Shown: positions 29,568-39,135 of the stretch, in pieces
Layout: every line of letters begins with the position of its first letter
Position numbering within the stretch: the first letter of the stretch is position 1
NCBI RefSeq assembly: GCF_021246445.1
Contig: NZ_JAJQXW010000001.1
Coordinates: forward strand, 620,001-684,000
Length of the DNA stretch: 64,000 bases
Direction: 5' to 3'
Source: Rhabdothermincola salaria
GTDB lineage: Bacteria > Actinomycetota > Acidimicrobiia > Acidimicrobiales > Acidimicrobilacustridaceae
Notes under the pieces: model-generated
Told to the model about the DNA's origin: nothing
The model's input: the letters and a program-made list of their open reading frames with translations, nothing else
The model's database searches: none
Program-made: the position numbers and the translations under genes

Positions 29568-29610
29568 GGTCGGAGTCTGACAGGACCGATCCGCGGGGTA
29601 GGAACCCGAC

Positions 29611-30732
29611 ATGGCACCCCTTCCCACCAGCGAGTCCCTCACGTTCGACTTCGAGCCGTGGCTCGAGCCCTCCGGACCGGTGACGACGGTGTGGCTGCCC
29701 ACACCCAGCGCCACCGACGAGGCCCGCGAGCGACTGCGGCTCGAATGGAAGAACGTCCGCGACCAGGTCGCCGAGTCGGCGCCGGCCGAGACGTTGGCGG
29801 CCCTCGATGCCGCCACCGCCGACCCCGCTCTCCATGCCGAAGGGCACAGCGTGGTGCTCTACGGCAGGGGCGACGATGTGGCCCTGGTGCCCATGGCCGA
29901 CGAGGTCGATGGCGCCCGGGCCCACGTCGGCGCGTTGCCGCGGCTGACGCCGCTGCTCGTGGCCCGCCAGGCGGCCGTCCCCCACCTGGTGGTGGTCACC
30001 GACCGGGTGGGCGCCGACATCCTCGTGGTCGGCCCGACCGGGGCCACCGACGAGGCGAGCGTCGACGGCGACACCGGCAACATCGCCCGCAGCGCCCCCG
30101 GCGGCTGGTCCCAGCGCCGCTTCCAGCAGCGCGCCGAGAACACCTGGGAGCACAACGCCGCCGAGGTGGCCGACACCGTCGAACGCCTCCGTAGCGAGGT
30201 GGGCGCCCGGCTGGTGGTCGTGGTCGGCGACGAGCGGGCGGTGCAGTTCCTCACCGAGCACGCCTCGGCGGAGCTGGCCGACGTGCTCGAGGTGGTCCAC
30301 GGGGCCGGCCGCAACGACGCCGACCCCTTCGAGGCCGTTGCCCACGACGTCGAGAAGCTGCTCGCCACCGTGGCCGCGGCCGACACCGTCGAGCTGTTGG
30401 ACCGCTTCGGCGCGGCCCGCAACGCCGGGGGCCCCGGCGCCGCCGCCGACGGGCCGGTGCAGACCATGGAGATGCTCAGCCAGGGTCGGGTCGAGGTGCT
30501 GTTGGTGGCGGTCGACGACGCCGACGATCGCACCGCGTGCGTCGACCTCGCCACCGGCCAGCTGGCCCCGGACGGTGCCCCGCTCACCGAGCTGGGACTC
30601 CACCCGGTGGAGGTCCCGCTGGTCGACGCCACCATCTGGGCGGCGTTGCGCACCGGCGCCGAGGTGCACCTGGTGCCCGCCCACGGCCCCAACGCCCCCC
30701 GGGCCGGACTGGCCGCCCTCCTGCGCGGCTGA
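29611..30732 (+). CDS. baeRF1-type (bacterial archaeo-eukaryotic release factor-like) protein
   Basis: DRVGADI, PGGWSQRRFQQRAENTW, GRVEVLL and AALLRG motifs. Confidence 0.82.
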   Translation: MAPLPTSESLTFDFEPWLEPSGPVTTVWLPTPSATDEARERLRLEWKNVRDQVAESAPAETLAALDAATADPALHAEGHSVVLYGRGDDVALVPMADEVDGARAHVGALPRLTPLLVARQAAVPHLVVVTDRVGADILVVGPTGATDEASVDGDTGNIARSAPGGWSQRRFQQRAENTWEHNAAEVADTVERLRSEVGARLVVVVGDERAVQFLTEHASAELADVLEVVHGAGRNDADPFEAVAHDVEKLLATVAAADTVELLDRFGAARNAGGPGAAADGPVQTMEMLSQGRVEVLLVAVDDADDRTACVDLATGQLAPDGAPLTELGLHPVEVPLVDATIWAALRTGAEVHLVPAHGPNAPRAGLAALLRG

Positions 30733-30968
30733 TCCCTCGCCGGCGAGTGGCCGGTCGACCCTTCCCGCTGGTCGGTCGATCGGTCGGCCGGTCAGCCGTT
30801 CCCGTTGGTCGGCGAGCAGGTCGCGCCGACAGTCGGGCAGTCCGTCGGCGGGTCCGCCGGTCCGTCAGATGGCCCATGGGCCGATCGGCCGGTCGGCCGG
30901 TCGGCCGGTCCGCCGGCACGCCGTGCGCGGCGTCGGTCAGGAGGTGACGGGCCGCCTTTCGTCCCGGG

Positions 30969-31298
30969 TCACCAGTGGCGGTGGCGGGCCATGGTCTCGC
31001 GCAGGGCGTCGAACGACGGCAGCTGGGTGAGCGCCGGGAGCGGCGGCTCCTCCTCGTGGCCGGACCAGGTCAGCTCCACGAGCACGAACGCGCCCTGGCC
31101 GACATGGAAGGCCACCATGCCGCACTGCGTGCAGCGGGCCATGGCCCGAGCCGGGCTGCGGTGCAGCAGGTGCGTGGGGCCGGCCTCCCGCCAGAGCTCG
31201 TCGCGCAGCTCGTCGGCCAGGGGTCCCTCCTCGACGACCTCCCAACCGTCCCCGGCGTCGGCGGCCGTGGGCGGGCCCGAGCGATGGCCAGCCGTCAT
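30969..31298 (-). CDS. Small hypothetical protein (CxxC, LTWS motif)
   Basis: ELWREAGPTHLL...ARCTQC...VELTWSG; coding-like codon usage. Confidence 0.6.
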   Translation of the reverse strand: MTAGHRSGPPTAADAGDGWEVVEEGPLADELRDELWREAGPTHLLHRSPARAMARCTQCGMVAFHVGQGAFVLVELTWSGHEEEPPLPALTQLPSFDALRETMARHRHW

Positions 31299-31365
31299 GC
31301 CCGCCAATCGTACCGCCGGCATCGGCGAGGGTCGCACCGGGTTCGACGGATCCTCGCCGGTGGGA

Positions 31366-31780
31366 TCACGGTCGAGGTGCGGGCTCCGGGCGACCGAGGT
31401 GCCAGCCCTGGACCAGGTCCACGCCGACCTCGCGCACCACATCGAGCTGCTCGGCGGTCTCCACCCCTTCGGCCAGCACGGTGAACGGCGGGTCACCGGT
31501 GCGACCGAACGCGACCGCTCGCTCACGAAGGCGCGCGCCCGGTCGTCGTCGAGCGCGCCGCGCACCACGGCGCCGTCGAGCTCGATGACGTCGGGTCGGA
31601 GCTGCTCGGCCACGTCGAGCGAGGCATGGCCCGAACCGACGTCGTCGAGGGCCACCTGGGCTCCCATCTCGCGGTAGCGGTCGACGATCGACCGCAGGTG
31701 GGGGATGTCGCTGATGTGCTCGGTCTCGATGACCTCGAAGGTGAGCTGCTCCATCGACACCTGCGCCAAGACCAGCGTGG
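31366..31780 (-). pseudogene. Frameshifted C-terminal EAL-domain remnant
   Basis: FEVIETE, ALDDVGSG and PDVIELD in one frame; VLAEGVET..QGWHLGRP in another; shift near 31520. Confidence 0.8.
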
Positions 31781-32008
31781 TGTCGCAGGTCAGGACGTGG
31801 TGCGGACCGATCGCGTCTACCCGCGCAGCACGTCACTCTGCCCGCGCCGCACGTGACGACCGCACTTCGGCTGGACCGTGGTGGCGTCTCGCACCCGCGA
31901 TGCGGTGATCGGGGTGGACCGGTACCTTGACCGGGTCATGGTCGAGCCGCTGCCGTCGTCCCCCGCCCCTCGGTTGGGGTGTCGCGTCGGGCCGAGACCG
32001 GCGACGCC

Positions 32009-33037
32009 ATGACCGTCGAGGAGCATCCGGACGGCACCGGTCCCGACGCCCCCGACCTCGGGGAGGAGCCCGATGCCCCCGACGTGGCGGACGAGCCCGG
32101 TGTCGCGGACGAGGCCGGCACCCCCGACGTGGCGCAGGAGCCCGGTGTCGCGGACGAGGCCGGCACCCCCGACGTGGCGGACGAGGCCGGCACCCCCGAC
32201 GTGGCGGACGAGCCCGGTGGGTGGGGGAGGACGCCACCTGCGAGCTCTGAGAGGGAAGAGCCCACCGTCACCGGTCCCACGGGTGCCGCCCCGGGCGCCG
32301 GCGATTCGGTGCCCGTGGCCGGGCGGCCGGCAGCGGCTCCCCAAGGGTCGGGCGGACCCGTGCCGGTCGCCGAGGGGTCGGCGGACGCTCCCGTGGTACC
32401 AGGGGAAGACGCACCCGTTGCCGAGGAGGGGTCGTTGGCCGCACAGCTGGCCGCGGTGGCCGACCCGTGGCAGCGAGCCCGAATGGCCGCCCAAGCGGCC
32501 GAGTCGCTGCGGCGGGAGCTGCAGGAGGTCACCGAGGTGCTGGCCGACACGGTGAGCGCCCTCGTCGGTCGCCGCGGTGAGATCGCCCCCTCGCCTGCCG
32601 CCGGGCAGGCCATCGCCGGGGCCGAGCCCGGGCCCGCAGGGGGCGGCGGCCGCCCGGCCGAACCGCCGGCCGAAACGCCAGCTGAGCCGCTGGCGGGGTC
32701 GCCGAGCGACCGGTCGATGGGCGGGGCGGGCGACGCCGGTGCGGAGCACGGCAAGCAGATGCCCGCGCCGTCGAGCGCCGATCGGGCCCCCGACGACGAG
32801 GCCACCCCGAAGGAGCGGAGCGGTTCGGACGGGCCGTACGCGTCGAGCGGGCGGGCCATCCGGGACGGGCGGGACGCGTCGGACGGTGGCCACCGCCCGG
32901 ACCAGCGAAGCGCTCCGGGCTGTCGACTGGTCGCTCTGGTCGACCCCTTCGGACTCGCCCGAGCCATCATCCCCCGGTGCCTCGACGGCGCGCTGTACAT
33001 CCCCCGAGCGCTGGTCGGCCGGATCACCCCCCGCTGA
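32009..33037 (+). CDS. Acidic low-complexity hypothetical protein with (PDVADE/AGT) repeats
   Basis: GGAG-like RBS; repeats at 32077-32220; helical core LRRELQEVTEVL; amphipathic C-terminus. Confidence 0.55.
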   Translation: MTVEEHPDGTGPDAPDLGEEPDAPDVADEPGVADEAGTPDVAQEPGVADEAGTPDVADEAGTPDVADEPGGWGRTPPASSEREEPTVTGPTGAAPGAGDSVPVAGRPAAAPQGSGGPVPVAEGSADAPVVPGEDAPVAEEGSLAAQLAAVADPWQRARMAAQAAESLRRELQEVTEVLADTVSALVGRRGEIAPSPAAGQAIAGAEPGPAGGGGRPAEPPAETPAEPLAGSPSDRSMGGAGDAGAEHGKQMPAPSSADRAPDDEATPKERSGSDGPYASSGRAIRDGRDASDGGHRPDQRSAPGCRLVALVDPFGLARAIIPRCLDGALYIPRALVGRITPR

Positions 33038-33220
33038 GGGGCTCGGCGGGGCCTCCGGCAAGGTCTTGCCACCCAGGGCCCGCGAACCCCGGGCCACCGA
33101 TCGACCCGGCCGCCGGCGGTGCCCTGCACCCCCGACTGCCAGGGTCGGACTCCGCTCGTGCCGGTCCGCGCGGCGGCCTCCGAGGCTGCGGGTCTGTGCG
33201 GTGGCGATGGTGCGGGTCAG

Positions 33221-33451
33221 CGGTGGCCGGGAGCCCAGGGCCACGGCGGTCTCCAGCGCCGTTCGCTCGTCGGCGGCCAGCTCGACGTCGACGGCGTCGG
33301 TCCAGCCCCGGGCCCCGAGGGCCACCGGCACCGCGCCCACGCCGACCAGCCCACCGAGCTCCCCGTCGAGCACGACCTGGGCCGGCACCACCACCTCGCG
33401 CCCCTGCACCATGGCGGTGACCAGGTCGGCCAGGGCGTGGGCGGTGACCAC
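33221..33451 (-). pseudogene. Remnant resembling the C-terminus of a lactate/malate dehydrogenase
   Basis: ALADLVTAMV..VVPAQVVLDGELG..VGAVPVALGARG...VELAADERTAL; no Rossmann domain upstream. Confidence 0.55.
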
Positions 33452-33694
33452 CTCGGTGGTGTGATCATCGCCCAGACCGGACGGAGTCGGCCGCACCGGC
33501 CAACGCGACCGGTCGCCCGGGTCGGCCCTCGACCGTTCCCCGCCGCGCCACGTGCCGCTCGACGGTGGGCCCGTCGATCGACGCTGAGCCGGCTCACGGG
33601 AGGTGGGGGCGAGGTCGTCCGGCGGCGGTCCAGCGGGTAGCTCGGCCGCGTCGGGGTGGCGCCGCCGTCGACGTGCGCTACGGTCGTCGACGAA

Positions 33695-33782
33695 CACGGG
33701 AGCCCGGGGAGCCGGGCTGAGAGGGAGGGGCAGATCCCCTCCGACCGTTCGAACCTGATCCGGGTCATGCCGGCGCAGGGAG
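33695..33782 (+). promoter_or_regulatory. TPP riboswitch
   Basis: GGGAGC...GCTGAGAG...GACCG..GAACCTGATCCGGGTCATGCCGGCGCAGGGAG directly upstream of thiamine genes. Confidence 0.95.
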
Positions 33783-33827
33783 GTTCGGTTCACGCGTGCC
33801 CGTGTTCTCGTCGGACTCGAGCCGCCC

Positions 33828-34721
33828 ATGCACCAACCCACTTCACCGAGGCACCCTGCCGATCCGGCCGATCCGGCCGAGCAGCCGCTGCCCGGGCACG
33901 ACCGGCGCACCGTGGTGGTGGTGACCGGAGGCGAGGCGCCCGACGTGGACCTCGTCGCCGACATGCTCGCCGACGTGCCCGACGACGCCCCCGTGGTCGC
34001 CGCCGACTCCGGCATCGAGCACGCCCTGCGGCTCGGCCTCGGCATCGACCACGCCGTCGGCGACTTCGACTCGGTCGAGGCCGCCGTGCTCGCCGGCGTG
34101 GAAGCGGCGGGCACCCACGTCCAGCGCCACCCGGTGGCCAAGGACGCCACCGACCTCGAGCTGGCCCTCGACGCCGCCGTGGAGCTCGGCGCCCTGCGCG
34201 TCGTCGTCCTCGGCGGCCACGGCGGCCGCCTCGACCACTTCCTCGGCAACGCCCTGCTGCTGGCCTCACCGCGCTACGCCAACCTCGTCATCGACGGGGT
34301 CATGGGCGACGCCCGGGTGCACGTGGCCCGGCCGTGGGTGCCGACCCGCTTTCGGGGACGTCCGGGCGACCTCGTCACCCTGCTCCCCGTGAACGGTCCC
34401 GCCGAGGGCGTGAGCACCAGCGGGCTGGGCTTCCCCCTCGACATGGAGACCCTCGTCGAGGGCACGACCCGAGGGGTGTCCAACGAGATGACCGCCGACG
34501 AGGCCGAGGTGCGCCTCACCGGCGGCTGCCTCCTCGTCGTGCGTCCGGGCTGCGACGCGGACCCCGTCCCGTCGCGGCCGCTCGCCGGGTCCAGCGACTC
34601 GCCCGGGTCCCCTGACCCGTCCGGGTCCACCGGACCGTCTGCGTCCACCGACTCGACCGGGTCCGGCGACGACCCGATCGATCCCAGCCAACCCCACAAC
34701 CCCGCCGGACGGCGACCGTGA
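33828..34721 (+). CDS. thiN: Thiamine diphosphokinase
   Basis: AADSG, VGDFDS, KDATDLE, GGRLDH and TRGVSN motifs. Confidence 0.93.
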   Translation: MHQPTSPRHPADPADPAEQPLPGHDRRTVVVVTGGEAPDVDLVADMLADVPDDAPVVAADSGIEHALRLGLGIDHAVGDFDSVEAAVLAGVEAAGTHVQRHPVAKDATDLELALDAAVELGALRVVVLGGHGGRLDHFLGNALLLASPRYANLVIDGVMGDARVHVARPWVPTRFRGRPGDLVTLLPVNGPAEGVSTSGLGFPLDMETLVEGTTRGVSNEMTADEAEVRLTGGCLLVVRPGCDADPVPSRPLAGSSDSPGSPDPSGSTGPSASTDSTGSGDDPIDPSQPHNPAGRRP

Positions 34722-34753
34722 CCGTCCGGCCCCATCCCCACCCGAGGAGCCCC

Positions 34754-35986
34754 ATGCCGTCCCCCGCCCCCCGTCCCGCCTCCACCGCCGGCCCGGTCCC
34801 GGCCCCCGGCCCGGCCGCCGGCCCGGCCGCCGATCCGGACCCCACCCGACGTCGCCGACCCCGCCGTGCCGCGGTCGTCGTGGCCCTGCTCACCACCCTG
34901 GTGATGGTGCTGGCCGCCTGCTCCAGCCCGGCCGACGACGACGCCGGCGACGCCGAGGTCGGCCCCGCCCTCTCCACCCCCGAAGGTGGGGTGTTCCCCG
35001 ACGGCACCACCGTGCGGCTGTTGGCCCACGACTCCTTCGCCGTCAGCGAAGAGGTGCTCGACCAGTTCACCCAGTCCACCAACGTCGAGGTCGAGCTGGT
35101 CCTCGGTGGCGACGCCGTCACCCTGGTCAACCAGGCCGTCCTCACCGCCGGCAACCCTCAGGGCGACGTGCTGTTCGGGGTGGACGGCAACACCCTCACC
35201 CGGGCCGTGGAGGCCGACATCTTCGAGTCCTACGAACCTGAGGGCCTGGCCGACATCGACCCCGCCTTCACCGCGGATGCCGGCGGCGTGGTCACCCCGG
35301 TCGACTACGGCGACGTGTGCGTGAACTACGACCGGACCTGGTTCGAGGACGAGGGCCTGGCCCTGCCGACCGGGTTCGAGGACCTGGTCGACCCCGCCTA
35401 TCGCGACCTGCTGGTGGTGCAGGACCCGTCGTCGTCGAGCCCCGGTCTCGCCTTCCTGCTGGGCACCATCGCCGAGATGGGCGGCGGCGACGTCACCGGT
35501 GACGACGCCCCCTGGCTCGACTACTGGCGCCAGCTGCAGGACAACGGGGTGCAGGTGGCCGACTCGTGGTCCACCGCCTACTACACCGACTTCTCCGGCT
35601 CGGAGGGCCAGGGCCCCCGCCCGCTGGTGGTGAGCTACGCCTCCAGCCCGCCCGCCGAGGTCACCGATCCCTCCATCCCTGTCGACGAGGCCCCCACCGG
35701 CACCGTGGTCGACACCTGCTACCGCCAGGTCGAGTACGCCGGCATCCTGCGGGGCACCACCGAACGGGGCGCCGCCGAGGCCCTCATCGACTTCATGATC
35801 TCGGTGCCGTTCCAGGAGGACGTGCCCGAGCAGATGTACGTGTACCCGGTCAACGACGAGGCCGCCCTGCCGGAGGTCTTCGAGACCTTCACCGCCGAGG
35901 TGTCCGACCCGCTGACGGTGCCGCCGGCCGAGGTGGCCGCCAACACCGAGCGCTGGGTGCAGCAGTGGGCCGGCATCTTCCGGTGA
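34754..35986 (+). CDS. thiB: Thiamine ABC transporter substrate-binding lipoprotein
   Basis: Lipobox VLAAC; HDSF, GDVLFGVD, DYGDVCVNYD, SSPG.AF and VSYASSP; GAGGAG RBS (alternative start 34718). Confidence 0.9.
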   Translation: MPSPAPRPASTAGPVPAPGPAAGPAADPDPTRRRRPRRAAVVVALLTTLVMVLAACSSPADDDAGDAEVGPALSTPEGGVFPDGTTVRLLAHDSFAVSEEVLDQFTQSTNVEVELVLGGDAVTLVNQAVLTAGNPQGDVLFGVDGNTLTRAVEADIFESYEPEGLADIDPAFTADAGGVVTPVDYGDVCVNYDRTWFEDEGLALPTGFEDLVDPAYRDLLVVQDPSSSSPGLAFLLGTIAEMGGGDVTGDDAPWLDYWRQLQDNGVQVADSWSTAYYTDFSGSEGQGPRPLVVSYASSPPAEVTDPSIPVDEAPTGTVVDTCYRQVEYAGILRGTTERGAAEALIDFMISVPFQEDVPEQMYVYPVNDEAALPEVFETFTAEVSDPLTVPPAEVAANTERWVQQWAGIFR

Positions 35987-36040
35987 CCGCCGCAGCCGGC
36001 CCGCCGGCGACGACCTCGCTGACCGGGCGTTGAGCGCACG

Positions 36041-37792
36041 GTGAGCGCACGTTGGCGATGGGGGCTGGCGGCGCTGCCGCTGGCGTTCCTCGGGGTGTTC
36101 TTCGTGTGGCCCGTCACCGCCATCGTGGTGCGGGGCCTGCGCCCCGAGGGCCAGTGGGACCTCAGCCCCATCGCCGACGTCGTCACCGACCCGGTCATCC
36201 GCCGCGTCGCCTGGTTCACGCTGTGGCAGGCGGTGGCCTCCACCGTGCTCACCCTGCTGGTGGGCCTGCCCGGCGCCGCCCTGTTCGCCCGCTACTCCTT
36301 CACCGGCAAACGGGTGATCTGGGCGGCGTTGGTGGTGCCCTTCGTGCTGCCGACGGTGGTCGTGGGCATCGCCTTCCTCGGCGTGATCGGCCCCACCGGG
36401 GTGCTCGGCCTCGACCTCTCCGGCACCGTGTGGGCCATCCTCATCGCCCACGTCTTCTTCAACTACGCCGTCGTGGTGCGCACCGTCGGCGGGTTCTGGG
36501 CCTCCCTCGACCCCGACGTGGTCGATGCCGCCCGGGTGCTCGGCGCCCCGCCGTGGCGCACCTTCCTCGAGGTGACCTGGCCCCTCCTGCGCCCGGCGGT
36601 GGCGGCCGCTGCCTCCATCGTGTTCCTCTTCACCTTCACCTCGTTCGGGGTGGTGCTCGTGCTGGGCGGCACCCGCCACCGCACCCTCGAGGTCGAGATC
36701 TACGAGCAGACGACCCAGTTCCTCGCCCTCGACGTCGCCGCCGGGCTGGCCCTGGTGCAGCTGGTGTTCGTGGTGGCCACGCTGGCCTGGTTCGCCCGTA
36801 CCCAGGAACGGCGCGCCGTGGCGCTGCGGCCCCGGTCGGCGGCCGAGACGGCCCGCCCCGTGCGCGGTTGGCGGGCCCGTGCCTTCCTCGCCGCCAACCT
36901 GGCGGTCATGGCGGTGCTGTTGGTGCTGCCGCTCGGGGTGCTGGTGGTGCGCTCGTTCCGGGTGCCCGGCGGCGGATGGGGCACCGACTTCTACCGGGCG
37001 CTGTCCACCAACCCCCGGGGCTCCACGTCGTTCGTGGCCCCGGTGGAGGCCATCGCCAACTCGCTGCTGTTCGCCAGCGGCGCCACCGTGGTGGCGGTGG
37101 TCCTCGGCGCCCTCGCCGCCTGGGCCATCGCCGGGGGTGCGGGCCGGAACGGGGACCCTGCGGCGGTGGAGGTCGGGAGCGCGGACCCCGCGGCGGTGGA
37201 GGTCGCCAGCGCGGACCGGGGACGGGACCGGGGCACGTCCCGGGGGCGGCCGCTACGGCGGGGGCCGGGCGCGTGGCGGTGGGTCGACACGGCGCTGATG
37301 ATCCCGCTGGGCACCTCGGCGGTGACGGTGGGCTTCGGCTTCCTCATCGCCCTCGACGAACCACCCCTCGACCTGCGCGACTCGCTGTGGCTGATCCCCC
37401 TCGCCCATGCCATCGTGGCCCTCCCGTTCGTGATCCGCCTGGTGGTGCCCGCCCTGCGGGCCATCGACCCGGCCTTGCGCGAAGCCGCCGGCACCCTCGG
37501 GGCGTCGCCGTGGCGGGTGTGGCGAGAGGTCGACCTGCCTGTCGTCGGCCGGGCCCTGGCCGCCGCCGCCGGCTTCGCCTTCGCCGTCTCGCTGGGGGAG
37601 TTCGGCGCCACCGTGTTCCTCGTCCAGGTGGACCGGCCCACCCTGCCGGTGGCCATCTACCGTTTCCTCGGTCGGCCCGGCCCCCTCGAGTTCGGTCAGG
37701 CCATGGCCCTGTCCACCATCTTGATGGCCCTCACCGTGGTCGTCGTGCTGGTCATCGATCGGCTCCGGCCCGCCGGCGCCTCGGAGTTCTGA
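36041..37792 (+). CDS. thiP: Thiamine ABC transporter permease
   Basis: Two EAA loops; FTLWQA, AHVFFN, FTSFG and SLGEFGA motifs. Confidence 0.88.
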   Translation: MSARWRWGLAALPLAFLGVFFVWPVTAIVVRGLRPEGQWDLSPIADVVTDPVIRRVAWFTLWQAVASTVLTLLVGLPGAALFARYSFTGKRVIWAALVVPFVLPTVVVGIAFLGVIGPTGVLGLDLSGTVWAILIAHVFFNYAVVVRTVGGFWASLDPDVVDAARVLGAPPWRTFLEVTWPLLRPAVAAAASIVFLFTFTSFGVVLVLGGTRHRTLEVEIYEQTTQFLALDVAAGLALVQLVFVVATLAWFARTQERRAVALRPRSAAETARPVRGWRARAFLAANLAVMAVLLVLPLGVLVVRSFRVPGGGWGTDFYRALSTNPRGSTSFVAPVEAIANSLLFASGATVVAVVLGALAAWAIAGGAGRNGDPAAVEVGSADPAAVEVASADRGRDRGTSRGRPLRRGPGAWRWVDTALMIPLGTSAVTVGFGFLIALDEPPLDLRDSLWLIPLAHAIVALPFVIRLVVPALRAIDPALREAAGTLGASPWRVWREVDLPVVGRALAAAAGFAFAVSLGEFGATVFLVQVDRPTLPVAIYRFLGRPGPLEFGQAMALSTILMALTVVVVLVIDRLRPAGASEF

Positions 37793-37793
37793 C

Positions 37794-38858
37794 GTGCCTG
37801 CCGCCCCCGCTGCTCCCGCCACCCTCACCGTCGACCACCTCACCGTCCGCTTCCCCGACGCGGAGCGCCCGGCGGTCGACGACGTCACCCTCGACGTGGC
37901 CGCCGGCGAGGTGGTGGCTCTCCTCGGACCGTCGGGGTGCGGCAAGACCACCGTGCTGCGCGGCGTCGCCGGCCTGCAGAGCCCCACCTCGGGTCGCGTC
38001 CTCCTCGACGGGGTCGACGTCACCGCGCTGCCGGCCCACCGGCGTGGCGTCGGGCTCATGTTCCAGGACTACGCCCTGTTCCCGCACCGCGACGTGGGCG
38101 CCAACGTGGCCTTCGGCCTGCGCATGCTGGGCCGGTCCAAGGACGAGCAGCGCCGCCGGGTGGCCGAGGTCCTCGACATGGTGGGCCTGGCGGGCTGGGA
38201 GTCTCGGGCCGTGGCCCCGCTGTCGGGCGGCGAGCAGCAGCGCGTGGCGCTGGCCCGCGCCCTGGCCCCGGCCCCCGGGGTGCTGCTGCTCGACGAGCCC
38301 CTGGGCGCCCTCGACCGCAGCCTGCGCGACCGGCTGTTGCCCGAGATGGCCGAGCTGTTCCGGACGCTCGGCACCACCGTGCTGCACGTCACCCACGACC
38401 AGGGCGAGGCCCTGGGCATGGCCGACCGCGTGGTGGTGATGGACGAGGGCCGCATCGCCCAAATCGGGTCCCCGGCCGAGGTGTGGACCCGTCCCGCCAC
38501 CGCGTCGGTGGCCCGCTTCTTGGGCTTCGCCAACGTCGACGACGACCACCTCGTCCGCCCCGACGCCGTGGAGCTGACCGCCCTGCCCGACCAGGCGGCG
38601 CCTGCGGTCGGGGGCGTCGAGGCGCGAGCGCCGGGCGGCCCGACACCGGTTGCCGGGGAGCGGGGAGTCGGGGTGGTGGAGGCGGTGGTCTTCACCGGCG
38701 CACGGGCCGAGGTGCGCGTCCGCCTGACCGACGGGTCGGTGCTGGAGGCCAGCGTGGCCACCGGCGCCGTCCTCGCCCCCGGGGGTCCGGGTCTGCCCCG
38801 GGTGGGCGAGCGAGTGGGCGTGGCGGTCGACCCCTCGGGGGTCGTGGCCTTCCCCTGA
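37794..38858 (+). CDS. thiQ: Thiamine ABC transporter ATP-binding protein
   Basis: GPSGCGKT, LSGGEQQR, LLDEP and VTHD; operon context. Confidence 0.85.
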   Translation: MPAAPAAPATLTVDHLTVRFPDAERPAVDDVTLDVAAGEVVALLGPSGCGKTTVLRGVAGLQSPTSGRVLLDGVDVTALPAHRRGVGLMFQDYALFPHRDVGANVAFGLRMLGRSKDEQRRRVAEVLDMVGLAGWESRAVAPLSGGEQQRVALARALAPAPGVLLLDEPLGALDRSLRDRLLPEMAELFRTLGTTVLHVTHDQGEALGMADRVVVMDEGRIAQIGSPAEVWTRPATASVARFLGFANVDDDHLVRPDAVELTALPDQAAPAVGGVEARAPGGPTPVAGERGVGVVEAVVFTGARAEVRVRLTDGSVLEASVATGAVLAPGGPGLPRVGERVGVAVDPSGVVAFP

Positions 38859-39135
38859 TCCCCCGGGTTTCGGGCGGTCCGGCGTGCTGGAGAGGGTGGC
38901 TGGACCGGTGCCGTCCTCGCGCCCGGGGGTACGCGTCTGCCGCGGGTGGGGGGCGCGTCGGTGTGGGGGTGGCTTCCTCAGGGGTGATGGTCTTCTCTCG
39001 AGCCACCCCATGGTCTGGGCGGTCCGTGCACTGGAGGGGAGGCTGGACCGGGCGAGGGGCCCGGGTCGCGCCTCGGGGTCCGGCGAGGAGGCGGTGCGGG
39101 CCGGACGGTCACAGGGGGCCGGTAGCGTCGGCGGG

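Noticed and set aside
19071..31780. One EAL gene split by a 12-kb insertion
   Set aside because: On the minus strand the C-terminal remnant lies upstream of the N-terminal remnant, which is the wrong order
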